Both the position numbers and the translations under genes were made by a program. Shown here piece after piece: positions 19,885-30,253 of a stretch of 64,000 nt of DNA (its first letter is position 1; each line of letters opens with the position of its first letter). The notes under the pieces are model-generated. The model worked only from the letters and a program-made list of their open reading frames with translations, had not been told where the DNA came from and made no database searches. The DNA comes from Bdellovibrionales bacterium (GTDB taxonomy: Bacteria > Bdellovibrionota > Bdellovibrionia > Bdellovibrionales > UBA1609), in the NCBI GenBank assembly GCA_965261545.1, contig CBDHDF010000011.1, positions 928,001 to 992,000 on the forward strand. Direction: 5' to 3'.

Positions 19885-20355
19885 CTTTTTTCTCCTTGAG
19901 ACTCTTTCGTAGCCTCTACTGTGCTAGCCCCCCACTAGCCGCAGGCGTAGCCATTTTTGCTAGTGAGGCACTACAAATTTTTATTAGAAAATTCAGTTGG
20001 TTAGGAAGAAACTGTTGCTACGATCTCCCGAAAAAATCTTCTTGCTACGGGCTTAGCCAAACACTTAGCCAAAATTAGCAAACGTAGGAATTTTTGGGAA
20101 ATGCTGAGAAATGTCATAGAGAGTGAGTGAGAGCTAACCCATTGAAACCATTTGATAGTTATTTCAAATAGTTAAGTTTGATTTCAAAAATCTGCAAAAA
20201 ACCATTGCCGAAATATGGAGCGCACTTGATTATACAAGTCATTCCAGAAACTTAGCTTGATTAAACAGACAAAAACAGCCTTTTAAAGACATACTGAGAA
20301 ACACTCTTTTTGCTCTGGAAAAGGCTCTGGTGGCCATTTCCAAGAAAAAAACTAC

Positions 20356-21549
20356 TCATACTATAGCTAAAAGTGGTCGCCGAGCCCCTTTTTCCTTAAA
20401 AGGATCAAATTGTCGACCTCTATCGCCACTTGTAATACTATCCACTTGAGGCATCACATCGAGAACATCAGTTGCACCTTTAACTTCAATTCCCGCAAAT
20501 CTGACATAAATCTGGAAAGTTTTTATATCTCTCCATCCACCGATTTTCATAACGGTGGCCTGATCGATCCCAGAAGCTAGCATGTGAGTGGCAAAGCAGG
20601 CTCTTAGTGAATGAAAGACGACATTGCTTTCAATGCCCAAGCCTTTCAAATATTGACGCAATACATCGCCAGCCTGACCATTCTTCCAAGCATAATGCCT
20701 CTCAAGAACAAAGTCTTCGGGTTGAGTATTACCTCCCCTTAATTTCAAAATGACCGATTTTAGATCATTTGAAATAGGAACAGATCGCCAGTACCCAGCC
20801 TTAGTGCTTTTGATAGTGCGGCGAGTATTATTGTAGGACTTCGATACGGTTATGATTCCCTTTTCGAGGTCAATGTCCCTCCACTGAAGGGCCATTAACT
20901 CTCCACTTCGCATTCCCGTACAAATAGCAAAAGCCCATGTGGGATACCAAGGGCTGTCGTTAAATCTGGCATTTTTAAGGAGAGTCCTAAGTTCATCTTT
21001 CGTGAGAATCTTAGGGACCCTTTCTTCCTTAGTTCCTACAATCAGACCTTCAGTTGGGCTCGAATGAATACCTAAAATGTATTTTTCCTCAACGGCCCAC
21101 TTAAACACAACATTGATAGAAGACTTGATATTCCTTAAAAGCCCCACTCCAGCACCATTGGCCTTAGCTGAGTCCAGAACCTGTCTTCCATCACCCTTGG
21201 TTAAGTCAGAAGCTCTACAGTCCCACCAGATATGGGTATAATTCCTTAATCTGTTGACATGAGCCTGTATGGTTAGCTTATCTGAGTACTTATCCCCAAG
21301 ATGCCCAACCCTAGCTTTGACTTCCCACCGATCTACAATCTCACCCCAAGTGAGACCGCGACCTTCAAGTTTTCCGACTTCCTCAATAACGCTCCTTAAG
21401 AGCCTTTTTTCCTCCCTTAAGGCTTTCTTCAAAGTCGGAATATTCTTCTTACTTCTTTGAAGCCTTAAGCTCGGGCTCAACCTTCCTCGTGTCTGAACAG
21501 ATACTCGAAAAAGTTCTACTCCATTATTTTTATAACTATTTACTGCCAT
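20356..21549 (-). CDS. Tyrosine recombinase/integrase 1
   Basis: TGMRSGE, FHSLRACFAT, GGW...FQIY. Start at MAVNSY after AGGAGG. Confidence 0.93.
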   Translation of the reverse strand: MAVNSYKNNGVELFRVSVQTRGRLSPSLRLQRSKKNIPTLKKALREEKRLLRSVIEEVGKLEGRGLTWGEIVDRWEVKARVGHLGDKYSDKLTIQAHVNRLRNYTHIWWDCRASDLTKGDGRQVLDSAKANGAGVGLLRNIKSSINVVFKWAVEEKYILGIHSSPTEGLIVGTKEERVPKILTKDELRTLLKNARFNDSPWYPTWAFAICTGMRSGELMALQWRDIDLEKGIITVSKSYNNTRRTIKSTKAGYWRSVPISNDLKSVILKLRGGNTQPEDFVLERHYAWKNGQAGDVLRQYLKGLGIESNVVFHSLRACFATHMLASGIDQATVMKIGGWRDIKTFQIYVRFAGIEVKGATDVLDVMPQVDSITSGDRGRQFDPFKEKGARRPLLAIV

Positions 21550-21812
21550 TATAAGCCTCCTTAAATGCTGAGGTTTCAATAAGGGCACAAAGTTCATCTT
21601 TCCTGAAGTAAAGTCTTCCCCGAAACTTCCTCGCTCTTAGAATCCCCCTATGAACAAGAATCCTAATCGCATTGGTATTTTTCCGAAGATATTGAACAGC
21701 TTCTTCCGTCGTTAACCAAACCAAATTTTCAAAGAACAAATCAGGGGCGCAAGTTCTATGACTCACATTCTGATCCCTGCCACTTTCCGTCTGACAGTTA
21801 CCTGAAACCATA
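21536..21812 (-). CDS. Excisionase-like HTH (HTH_17) protein 1
   Basis: WLTTEEAVQYLRK...RGILRARKFRGRLYFRKDEL. Start inferred from the paralog at 29778. Confidence 0.85.
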
Positions 21813-21953
21813 TCAAAACCCTCTTGGTTAGGCAAGTGAGAATTTCTAGAAACTTTCACAGAATTAGGGAATTTTTTAGAAAAAATTAGGTTAATCTTGC
21901 GACAAGTATCAATCAAGAACCTTCATTACTTTGATGATAGAATAAAAATCACA

Positions 21954-22421
21954 TCAAGTTTTTTCTGCCTTTTTTTCCTGAATCCACTTAATAAAATTCC
22001 TTACTGATTCCATCCACTCCCAATCATCCTCAAAGATCTCAGAAATACTCTCGGCGCGATGTGTCGTGTATTCTGCAATCCTCAGAGGAAACTCTTTTTG
22101 ACCATTGTTTAACAGGATATCTAAAGTCATTCTGATTTCATCAAGAATTTGATCGTGACCATGCTCTGTGTATCTGACATATCCTTCTGGAAAGTTAATC
22201 GCTTCATCAATAACCTTTTTTGCTCTCTCTAAGTCTCCGTTTGCTTGTCTTAAAGATATGGTCGCTATGAGTATCTTACGCAAAATTTTATCAGATTGAG
22301 CCCTCACCCATATAATAGATGATAAACTATCTATACCTAAGCAAGAGACTTTCTCTCTGATGCTGTCCAGATTTAAAGTATAATCTGAAAGGGCTACATC
22401 TAAAAACCGCTCTGATGTCAT
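21954..22421 (-). CDS. Hypothetical protein (155 aa)
   Basis: ORF starts 5 bp after the DUF3326 gene stop. Confidence 0.65.
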   Translation of the reverse strand: MTSERFLDVALSDYTLNLDSIREKVSCLGIDSLSSIIWVRAQSDKILRKILIATISLRQANGDLERAKKVIDEAINFPEGYVRYTEHGHDQILDEIRMTLDILLNNGQKEFPLRIAEYTTHRAESISEIFEDDWEWMESVRNFIKWIQEKKAEKT

Positions 22422-22426
22422 ATCCT

Positions 22427-23803
22427 TTAATCTAACCTCAAAACATTATTACCTATTATCTTTTTTTCTTCAGTGATATTCTCAATCTTACTCTCCAAAC
22501 TTTGCAAAGTGTGAAATGGTCTGCGAACAGAAAAAGGAGAAATTCCGTTTTTTATCGCATTTAGAACTCCAATGGCTTCCCAATAATTTTCTACACAAAA
22601 GAATTGACCGGTCTTCCAGGGAAGCTCACTCAGGCTGTTATTCATCAAGTTCTTATTTTCTTTCACTGCAATAACCTTAATGCCTTGTTCTAATGCAGCC
22701 AAGGTTGGTAAGCCAAGGCAGCCATCAGGAATCACTATGCATGAAATATCCTTTGCTGAAATAATATTGTCACAATAAAATGCATCCTGATCAGTAATAA
22801 TTTTAGGGCTTTGGTGGAGACCTTTTAAAACACAGTGCAAATAACTTGTAGAGACAGCCTCGGCGGACATTCTAGCATCCACAATGCCAGAATCCATATT
22901 GGCAATTTCAAGCGACTCAAACATAGGAGAATGAGCTGATGGAACATTAAATTTATAAGATAAAGCATGTGTTAGCATAGCCTCAACTCCCCCCCAAGGA
23001 TTAACCATGTCGCCCTCACTTCTGAAATAATCCATATGGTAACTCTTGGGAACCTCTATTATTGAGGATATAGCCACAGCATCATAATTTCCTTCATATT
23101 TTCTCAGAAGAGAGAACAGGTTGTTAATATTCTCTATAACTCCGGAAGCTCTTGCAGATTTGGCATATAAAGATTTCATTCGTATAGAAGGCCTTAGTTT
23201 AACAATATCAGAGCATTCAATCCCAAGAGTTGCTCTTGCTGCATTAATTGAATTAACCGCTGCATTTTCAAAAATCTTATGCTCATTTTCATCTATAATT
23301 GCCAGAATTCTATTGAACCTAACAGGCTGTAATCCAATAGTTCCCATCAATAAACGACAAATCGTACTGCCTTCTACATATAAACTGTTAGTGGTCATTT
23401 CGTTTATATCAGATGCATTAAAAACATTAGGGTGGGTGATGAGATTGTCACAAACGGATGCTATAAGTCTTGCTATGGGCGTGGCATCTCCGGCATGTCC
23501 CCCTATCTCACATCCAATACCAGTTGGAACGAGAAAGGCGATATTAAAATTTTTGGTGTTTTCAAACTTACGTTTTTTAAATTCAAAAAGAGTTTTGGCT
23601 TCATCAAAACCGCTCATATTTTCAGTGCTTAAAACGCCAACTTCACATTTGTATTTAGATTTTAAACTGTCAGTGATGACCATTCTTATGGGTAAAAGAC
23701 CTCGTTTACTTAATTTAACAGAAATTTCATTTTCAAGATAATTCAATAGATTTTCATTATTTTTAATCTTAGGAAGTAAAAGACTAGTTTCTGATAATTT
23801 CAT
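22427..23803 (-). CDS. DUF3326-domain protein with N-terminal extension
   Basis: LVPTGIGCEIGGHAGDA, LITHPNVFNA, YVEG, PWGGVEAMLTH, PSAHSP and AVKEN motifs. Confidence 0.85.
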   Translation of the reverse strand: MKLSETSLLLPKIKNNENLLNYLENEISVKLSKRGLLPIRMVITDSLKSKYKCEVGVLSTENMSGFDEAKTLFEFKKRKFENTKNFNIAFLVPTGIGCEIGGHAGDATPIARLIASVCDNLITHPNVFNASDINEMTTNSLYVEGSTICRLLMGTIGLQPVRFNRILAIIDENEHKIFENAAVNSINAARATLGIECSDIVKLRPSIRMKSLYAKSARASGVIENINNLFSLLRKYEGNYDAVAISSIIEVPKSYHMDYFRSEGDMVNPWGGVEAMLTHALSYKFNVPSAHSPMFESLEIANMDSGIVDARMSAEAVSTSYLHCVLKGLHQSPKIITDQDAFYCDNIISAKDISCIVIPDGCLGLPTLAALEQGIKVIAVKENKNLMNNSLSELPWKTGQFFCVENYWEAIGVLNAIKNGISPFSVRRPFHTLQSLESKIENITEEKKIIGNNVLRLD

Positions 23804-23808
23804 AAATA

Positions 23809-24972
23809 TTAACCTCCAAAATGACTTACATATTCTTCAAATGTAAAATGCTTTACTTTCTTTAAATCAGACTTGCCCTTTAAACAATAAATATCTGGTA
23901 AATTAATACCATTGAATGTATGAGATTTTACTAATGAGTAATGTCCTACATTTTTAAAAATTATCTTTGAGCCTAACTTTAATTTATCTTGAAAATAATA
24001 TGTGCCAAACATATCACCAGCCAAACAACTACAACCAGCTAGTATATATTCATTTTTATATTTTTTTTGATGGCCAAAAACATCAGGTTCATATTGATAC
24101 TCAAATACCTCTGGAAGGTGGTTAATGGTAGTGTCTAATATAGCAATATTCTTTTCTTTTCTCTGGAAAATATCAATAACAGAAGAGACGAGGTAGCCAC
24201 TATCGCCAACAAAAAAACTTCCCGGCTCTATTATAACATTGGTAAAATTATAATTCTGCTCAATTTCATTGAGAAGCTCATGAAATAAAGAAAGATTATC
24301 AGATTCATCAAACAAATAACCTCCACCTAAGTTAATCCATTGAAATTTCTTGAGGTCATCTTTGAGATGGGACTTAATTTTTAGGAAAGTCTCTGTTAAT
24401 TGAGATAAGTCTTTACTTTCACAGTTTGTATGTAAATGAAGACCACTGATTTTTTTAAAAAAATTTGCATCCTTGGATATATTCTCTTTGAGTTGTTCAA
24501 TAGGTACGCCAAGTTTTGAAAATTTATGGCAAGGATTATATCGGTCATCTTTTATAAAAGAAATTTCTGGATTTACTCTTATTCCATAACTCTGGTCTTT
24601 TCGTAATTTTTTTTCAAAGAAAGAAATTTGTTCTAAAGAATTAAATACCAAATAGCTAATATTATTTGAAATAGATCCCCATTGATCCTCTCTGATTCCA
24701 GGACTGACAAAATGAATGTTTTTCTTTTGTTGACACATAGTTTTCACTAATTGAGATTCAAATAAAGAACTCACAGAAAAACCATCTACTTGAGGCTCTA
24801 GCTCTCTTAATACATTATACAAAGGTAATGCTTTTACTGAATAAAGAATTTTGCACTTTAATCCACTAGTGATTTGATGGAGAAACTTTGCCTTCTCATT
24901 TACTTTATTTAAATTATAAATAAAGTAGGGAGTATTATTTATATCCTGAAGAGGCCAGGAGATATCCTTCAT
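23809..24972 (-). CDS. nspC: Carboxynorspermidine decarboxylase-like PLP enzyme (fold III)
   Basis: YSVKA (PLP lysine), GIRVNP, YNPC..SKLG, HTNCES, WINLGGG, IEPG, SCLAGD, HYSLVK..TFNGINLP. Confidence 0.88.
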   Translation of the reverse strand: MKDISWPLQDINNTPYFIYNLNKVNEKAKFLHQITSGLKCKILYSVKALPLYNVLRELEPQVDGFSVSSLFESQLVKTMCQQKKNIHFVSPGIREDQWGSISNNISYLVFNSLEQISFFEKKLRKDQSYGIRVNPEISFIKDDRYNPCHKFSKLGVPIEQLKENISKDANFFKKISGLHLHTNCESKDLSQLTETFLKIKSHLKDDLKKFQWINLGGGYLFDESDNLSLFHELLNEIEQNYNFTNVIIEPGSFFVGDSGYLVSSVIDIFQRKEKNIAILDTTINHLPEVFEYQYEPDVFGHQKKYKNEYILAGCSCLAGDMFGTYYFQDKLKLGSKIIFKNVGHYSLVKSHTFNGINLPDIYCLKGKSDLKKVKHFTFEEYVSHFGG

Positions 24973-25730
24973 TTAAGAACTCCCATCTTTTTAAAATAAA
25001 ATGTTGCAAATCCTGAGAATATTTCTGATTCTTCTGCTAGATCTTTTGCCCGATTTTTTGCCAATTCTTTTATTTGAAGTATGTTATTCGGATCTTTCTT
25101 TATACACTCATATATGTGTTTATAATCCCGAAACTTACTTGCTCTCTCCTCCATGACTTCTTGACTATTTATTCCTGTCAATTTAATGGTCTCCGTTCCT
25201 CTATTACATTTTCCGATGGCTTTTATCATAATAGGTATCTCGTTTTTTCCGGGAAGGTCATATTCTATAAATTGAGATGGGTCCTCTTCTAAAGGGTTAA
25301 TCAGTAGCGGTTGTTCTTTGTGGAGATTATCTTTCTTATTATAAGCTCTTTTAGACTCATCTTCTAGTGGGAAATGTGTTTTCTTAGAAGTTTGATTGCA
25401 AGTCTTGCATGCAATGAGGAGGTTTTCCCACTCATAGGATAGCCACCAATAACCTTGATGTTGAGGCTGTTCTTTAACCTCGGATTTAGGACGAAAATGT
25501 TCAACATCGCTTTCTCGCCTTTGATCTCTCTTTCTTTCACAATAACAGCACTTATGATGTTGAGATTTATGAAGAAATTTCTTAATTTCTTCATTACGCC
25601 ATAAATTCTCAAATGTCTTTGAGTTTAATTCATTATTGTTGACTGCATCTTCAATCTTGTTAAGAACTCTGGTCTTCTTAGAGTCCATGAAATTATTTTC
25701 AGGAGGCTCTCTTCGATTAATTTTTATCAT
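24969..25730 (-). CDS. HNH endonuclease, PtuB/TIGR02646-like
   Basis: KCCYCE, DVEHFRPK, YWWLSYEWENLLIACKTCN, LLINPLEEDP. Confidence 0.88.
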   Translation of the reverse strand: MIKINRREPPENNFMDSKKTRVLNKIEDAVNNNELNSKTFENLWRNEEIKKFLHKSQHHKCCYCERKRDQRRESDVEHFRPKSEVKEQPQHQGYWWLSYEWENLLIACKTCNQTSKKTHFPLEDESKRAYNKKDNLHKEQPLLINPLEEDPSQFIEYDLPGKNEIPIMIKAIGKCNRGTETIKLTGINSQEVMEERASKFRDYKHIYECIKKDPNNILQIKELAKNRAKDLAEESEIFSGFATFYFKKMGVLK

Positions 25731-25747
25731 TTTGTAGTACCAACTTC

Positions 25748-26962
25748 TTACTTTTTAAGTAATTGAATTAGTTCATTTACTCTTTTTCTGTCCTTTTCAT
25801 GATCCCACATAGGAAGTTCCCCTAGTTCAGACTCAATTTTCTTTAACCTATTTTTTTCTTCTTCAGTTCTAGAAGAAGTTTCCTTAAGATATATGTCTTT
25901 ATATTCTTTTAATAAACCTTCAGTACGCTTATTTCTTGTATCTGAAAGGTCAAAGATATCAGAAGTTAATATTTGATCGACTCTATAGCCCCTGAAGTCT
26001 CGTTTTAGATCGAAGCTCTCAGTATCACTATGTCCGTTTACATAGGAAGCTTTAATCAGTTGTGGCTCACCCTCCTCTAAATCAGCAAGTCCTAAAACAC
26101 AAATGGGAGTATGTGTACTACATATAAATTGTACTTTTGGAAACTTATCTGATAATGATTTTATAATGCTTCTTTGCCATCTTGGGTGTAGGTGTTGCTC
26201 AATTTCATCAATTATTACGATTCCTGAAATCTCATCTAAATTGAATGTATCACTACTTAGAAGCTTCCAGCTTAGAAAATCTAAAATAACAGAGGTTAAT
26301 GATTGGTAGCCATCACTTAGAGAGTTAAATGACATTTTTCTCCATTTTTTTGTTTCAACATATAGTCCTTTTTTTTCTAAAGTAATCTTATCGTTATCAT
26401 CTAATGTTAAAATTTCTTTTAAAATATTTTCTAACTTCTTCCATTCTTTCTCAGATTCACTGTAAATCCTTCTTGCACCTAGCTCTACATTTTGCAAACC
26501 AAATTCATAATTAAAAAGAGTATATAAAGAGTCAACGAGAGCATATTCTTCATAAGATTCTGTGCCTCTTATAGTCCTTCCTGACCCATAAGCTACAGCA
26601 AATATATCTTCTCTAGATTCTTTAGCTAATCCTTTAGGTTGAGAAATGGTCTCATTATTGCCATCTGAAACTATTTCAGTCTTGATTGTATATTCCTTAT
26701 TTGTATCATCTTTTAAAAAAACTTCAATAAAGCCCTCTTTTTCTTCATGTCTTAAAAAACCTCCATGTAATTCCGCAAGAAGAGCTGAAGCTCCTTCTTT
26801 ATCACATAATCCTATCGCCAGGCTTCTTAGAATTGTTGTTTTTCCTTGTCCATTATCTCCAGAAAGAAGAGACCAATTTTTTATCTCATTGTTATCTTCA
26901 AATGAAATCTCTACTTCTTTAAAGCACTTAATATTTTTAAGTATTAATTTTGATATTTTCAT
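25748..26962 (-). CDS. ABC-type AAA ATPase, PtuA-like
   Basis: GDNGQGKT, SLSDGYQ, IDEIEQHLHPRWQ, QFICSTH, ILTSDIFDL. Confidence 0.88.
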   Translation of the reverse strand: MKISKLILKNIKCFKEVEISFEDNNEIKNWSLLSGDNGQGKTTILRSLAIGLCDKEGASALLAELHGGFLRHEEKEGFIEVFLKDDTNKEYTIKTEIVSDGNNETISQPKGLAKESREDIFAVAYGSGRTIRGTESYEEYALVDSLYTLFNYEFGLQNVELGARRIYSESEKEWKKLENILKEILTLDDNDKITLEKKGLYVETKKWRKMSFNSLSDGYQSLTSVILDFLSWKLLSSDTFNLDEISGIVIIDEIEQHLHPRWQRSIIKSLSDKFPKVQFICSTHTPICVLGLADLEEGEPQLIKASYVNGHSDTESFDLKRDFRGYRVDQILTSDIFDLSDTRNKRTEGLLKEYKDIYLKETSSRTEEEKNRLKKIESELGELPMWDHEKDRKRVNELIQLLKK

Positions 26963-27493
26963 TTCCTAATTGATTCCTTGTGCTTTTAATAGTTTATTTA
27001 TTCAATATCTTAATGTTTTGCTTTTAAGCTAGGGGTCTTCTCATAAGGCTTTTCATTATGAATAAATTCCATGGGTAAGGTTGGAGAAATACAGCCATTG
27101 GTTGCTTCTCTTAATATCTTAGTGCTGGAGAGTCTGCAGTTCTCAATTTTGCACTATATGTTGTCAACGCAGCGCATATAAATGCTATATGTAGCGGTTT
27201 TCTTGAAAACTGCGGTCTCTTCAAATTAATAGTTAAAGTTGGAATCTTTCCTCCCTTTTCCTTATGGAGGTATAGCCTAGCTGTATTAAAATAGCTCTTT
27301 GCATTATATTGTAAAAGAACTGCTATAGAACTACCGATATTTCCTAGAAATGACAACATTTTTTAGGCTCTTCCTTTACAATTCAAAGTGGAAGTGATTG
27401 AGCCGGAGATGAAAACTCCTCAAAGGACATCAAGCTTAAGGTGCCCCCTTACAAGAATCCAAAATAAATTACCACAAAGTACAATGAGGAGCT

Positions 27494-28222
27494 ATTGGGT
27501 AGAAGGGCCGGTTACCCGACCCAACCCCCGTTCCCACCACATCGTGCCCAATTAAGGCAATAGGCAGACGATAACTCCACTCACTCAACTATATCAATAT
27601 CGATCTATTCCCACAGTCTTCATCCCATTCAACTCATGGAAATACCCAGTGAGTGACCCTTGTTCACCTAGGACATCCGCCCATGTGACATCTTGGGATC
27701 CTCACCAGATAGATGAACTACCCTCTTCAGTTTCGTTTCCGTAATGTTGTTGGACTTTGTTAATCCCATTTACGTTTCTCTTCAAAGGTTAGAGTTACCT
27801 AAGCCCCTTCCCTCTACGGTCGTTACTCGCTTCATCGGTACTATGGACTCGCTGACTCCCTCATGTTCATTTCACCATTCTTGCTGTTTAGGCTTGTTTG
27901 GCAATACCCCATCCTAGGGGAACATGAGGGTCTCCCACGCTCACAAATACACCTTCAAAAAAGTGCCATGCTCTCAGACCCCGGCGGCGCCACCCTTGTT
28001 CTCCTCAGTTACAAAAGGGTGATGTTGTCTTCCACTTCTTGAACAGTGTCGACCACCACGGTATAAAATCTTTCGAGGCTCAATCACTTCAACCTTACGG
28101 CCCTTCTTTCTTGCTATCTACGCTTAACTCATATTGTTATGAGCCCAAGACTCGCTGCGGAGTGCGCTGAGGCACTTCTCCGTGTGGACTTTCACCACCG
28201 ATGTATTTACCTCGTGGCGCAC
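27494..28222 (-). mobile_element. Internally deleted group II intron (729 nt) with only a relic of its protein
   Basis: Starts GTGCGCCACGAG. Domain II/III motif GGAGTCAGCGAGTCCCATAGTACCGATGAAGCG. Relic peptides ETKLKRV and YFHELNGMKTVGID. Ends GGTAACCGGCCCTTCTACCCAAT. Confidence 0.82.
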
Positions 28223-28360
28223 TCAAAATTTTTTTCTATTTGTGTATTACAGCATTTATCCATCCAAGTCTTTAATTTTATTAATGAAAAATGAATTCAC
28301 ACTCATGCTAAACTATTCCTACAAAATACTGAGAAATACTTTTTGTTATGGAAAAAGGCA

Positions 28361-29515
28361 TTAGCCTCTTCCCATAAAATTGCTCATATCTAAGACCCTG
28401 TCACTTGCACTCGCCTGGGGCATCACGTCAAGAGCATCTGTTGCACCTTTAACATCAATCCCTGCAAGCCTGACATAAATCTGAAAAGTCTTGATGTCTC
28501 TCCAACCACCAATTTTCATAACAGTGGCTTGGTCGACCCCAGATGCCAGCATATGAGTGGCAAAGCAAGCCCTCAGTGAATGAAAGACGACATTGCTTTC
28601 AATGTCTAAGTCTTTTAAATATTGCCGCAGTACCTTGCCAGCCTGACCGTTTTTCCAAGCATAATGCCTTTCAAGGACAAAGCCTTCTGAGGGAGCGTCT
28701 TTTCTCAACTCTAAAATGACCGTTTTTAGGTCATTTGAAATAGGAATAGATCGCCAGTACCCAGCCTTAGTGCTTTTGATCGTACGGCGAGTGTTATTGT
28801 AGGACTTCGATACGGTTATAATTCCTTTTTCGAGGTCAATGTCCTTCCACTGAAGGGCCATTAGCTCTCCGCTTCTCATACCAGTGCAAACAGCAAAAGC
28901 CCATGTGGGATACCAAGGATTGTTGCTTGCTTTAGCCTGCTTAAGAAGCACCCTAAGCTCATCTTTTGTGAGAATCTTAGGGACCCTTTCTTCCTTAGTT
29001 CCCACCGTCAAGCCTTCAGTGGGGCTTGAGTGAACACCTAAAGCGTATTTCTCCTCAACCGCCCACCTAAACACAACATTGACGGAAGATTTGATACTCC
29101 TTAAAAGGCCAGTGCCAGCACCCTTGGCTTTTGCTGAATCTAGAACCTGCCTTCCATCACCCTTGGTTAAATCAGAAACCCTACAGTTCCACCAGATTTG
29201 TGTGTAATTTCTTAATCTGTTGACATGGGCTTGTATGGTTAAGTTATCTGAGTATTTATCCCCCAGATGCCCAATCTTAGCTTTAATTTCCCATCGGTCT
29301 ACAATCTCACCCCAAGTGAGACCACGACCTTCAAGTTTTGCAACCTCCTGAGTGACGCTCTGTAAGAGTTTTTTTTCAACTCTTAAGGCTTCTTTCAAGG
29401 TGGGAATATTCTTCTTACTTCTTTGCAGCCTTAAGGTTCGAATCAATCTTCCTCGTGCCTGAACAGAAACCCTAAAAAATTCCACTTCATTTTTATTATA
29501 GCTATTAATTGCCAT
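28361..29515 (-). CDS. Tyrosine recombinase/integrase 2
   Basis: Close paralog of integrase 1 with the same catalytic motifs. Confidence 0.93.
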   Translation of the reverse strand: MAINSYNKNEVEFFRVSVQARGRLIRTLRLQRSKKNIPTLKEALRVEKKLLQSVTQEVAKLEGRGLTWGEIVDRWEIKAKIGHLGDKYSDNLTIQAHVNRLRNYTQIWWNCRVSDLTKGDGRQVLDSAKAKGAGTGLLRSIKSSVNVVFRWAVEEKYALGVHSSPTEGLTVGTKEERVPKILTKDELRVLLKQAKASNNPWYPTWAFAVCTGMRSGELMALQWKDIDLEKGIITVSKSYNNTRRTIKSTKAGYWRSIPISNDLKTVILELRKDAPSEGFVLERHYAWKNGQAGKVLRQYLKDLDIESNVVFHSLRACFATHMLASGVDQATVMKIGGWRDIKTFQIYVRLAGIDVKGATDALDVMPQASASDRVLDMSNFMGRG

Positions 29516-29778
29516 TATAAGCCCTCCTTAAATGCTGAGGTTTCAATAAGGACACAAAGCTCATCTTTTCTGAAGTAAAGTCTTCTCCGAAACTTCCTTG
29601 CTCTTAGAAGCCCTCTATGAACAAGAATCCTAACCGCATTGGCACTTTTCCGAAGGTACTGAGCAGCTTCTTCTGTTGTTAACCAAACTAAATTGTCAAA
29701 GAGCAAATCAGGGTCGTGCGTTTCGTGACTGGCACCCTGACCTCTGTCACCTTTTGTTTGACAGTTATCTAAAATCAT
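29515..29778 (-). CDS. Excisionase-like HTH protein 2
   Basis: WLTTEEAAQYLRK. RBS AAGGAGG. TAATG coupling to the integrase. Confidence 0.87.
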   Translation of the reverse strand: MILDNCQTKGDRGQGASHETHDPDLLFDNLVWLTTEEAAQYLRKSANAVRILVHRGLLRARKFRRRLYFRKDELCVLIETSAFKEGL

Positions 29779-29864
29779 ATCAAAACCTCCTTAGTTGAAC
29801 AATTATAAAATCCTTTAAAATATCCATAACACAACATGCATATTTACCATAAAACATCATAAAA

Positions 29865-30224
29865 CTAGGTTTGATTTTGTGACAAATATTGGTCAAAAAC
29901 CTCCATCATCTTCAATTCTAATTGCTCCTTAGAACCATGAAACTGGGTTAACTTTTTTCTTAGAAAAACCTCTCTTCTATCATTATGGGACATAGAGTCC
30001 TCTTGGGCTTTTGTAATAACTTTTTCCAAAAACTTTTCATCTGCAAGATAGAGAAGGTTTTCAAGAATACCTCCGGTCTTTACCTTTCTCCCAAAGGACT
30101 TCTTATTAGCTCTATCCACAAGTTTTGAGACTTTTCTCATAAAGCTCCTGTGGCAGCGTATAGTTGAGGAATCACTCTTCTTTGGAGCCTTCCTGATAGG
30201 GGTTGAAATATTACTTTGTTCCAT
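29865..30224 (-). CDS. Hypothetical protein
   Basis: MEQSNI start after AAGGAGG. Confidence 0.65.
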   Translation of the reverse strand: MEQSNISTPIRKAPKKSDSSTIRCHRSFMRKVSKLVDRANKKSFGRKVKTGGILENLLYLADEKFLEKVITKAQEDSMSHNDRREVFLRKKLTQFHGSKEQLELKMMEVFDQYLSQNQT

Positions 30225-30253
30225 ACGACCTCCTTGGTGTAGGGTTTGGGTTT

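Noticed and set aside
27111..27359. 82-aa ORF upstream of the ATPase
   Set aside because: No recognisable motif or clear RBS.
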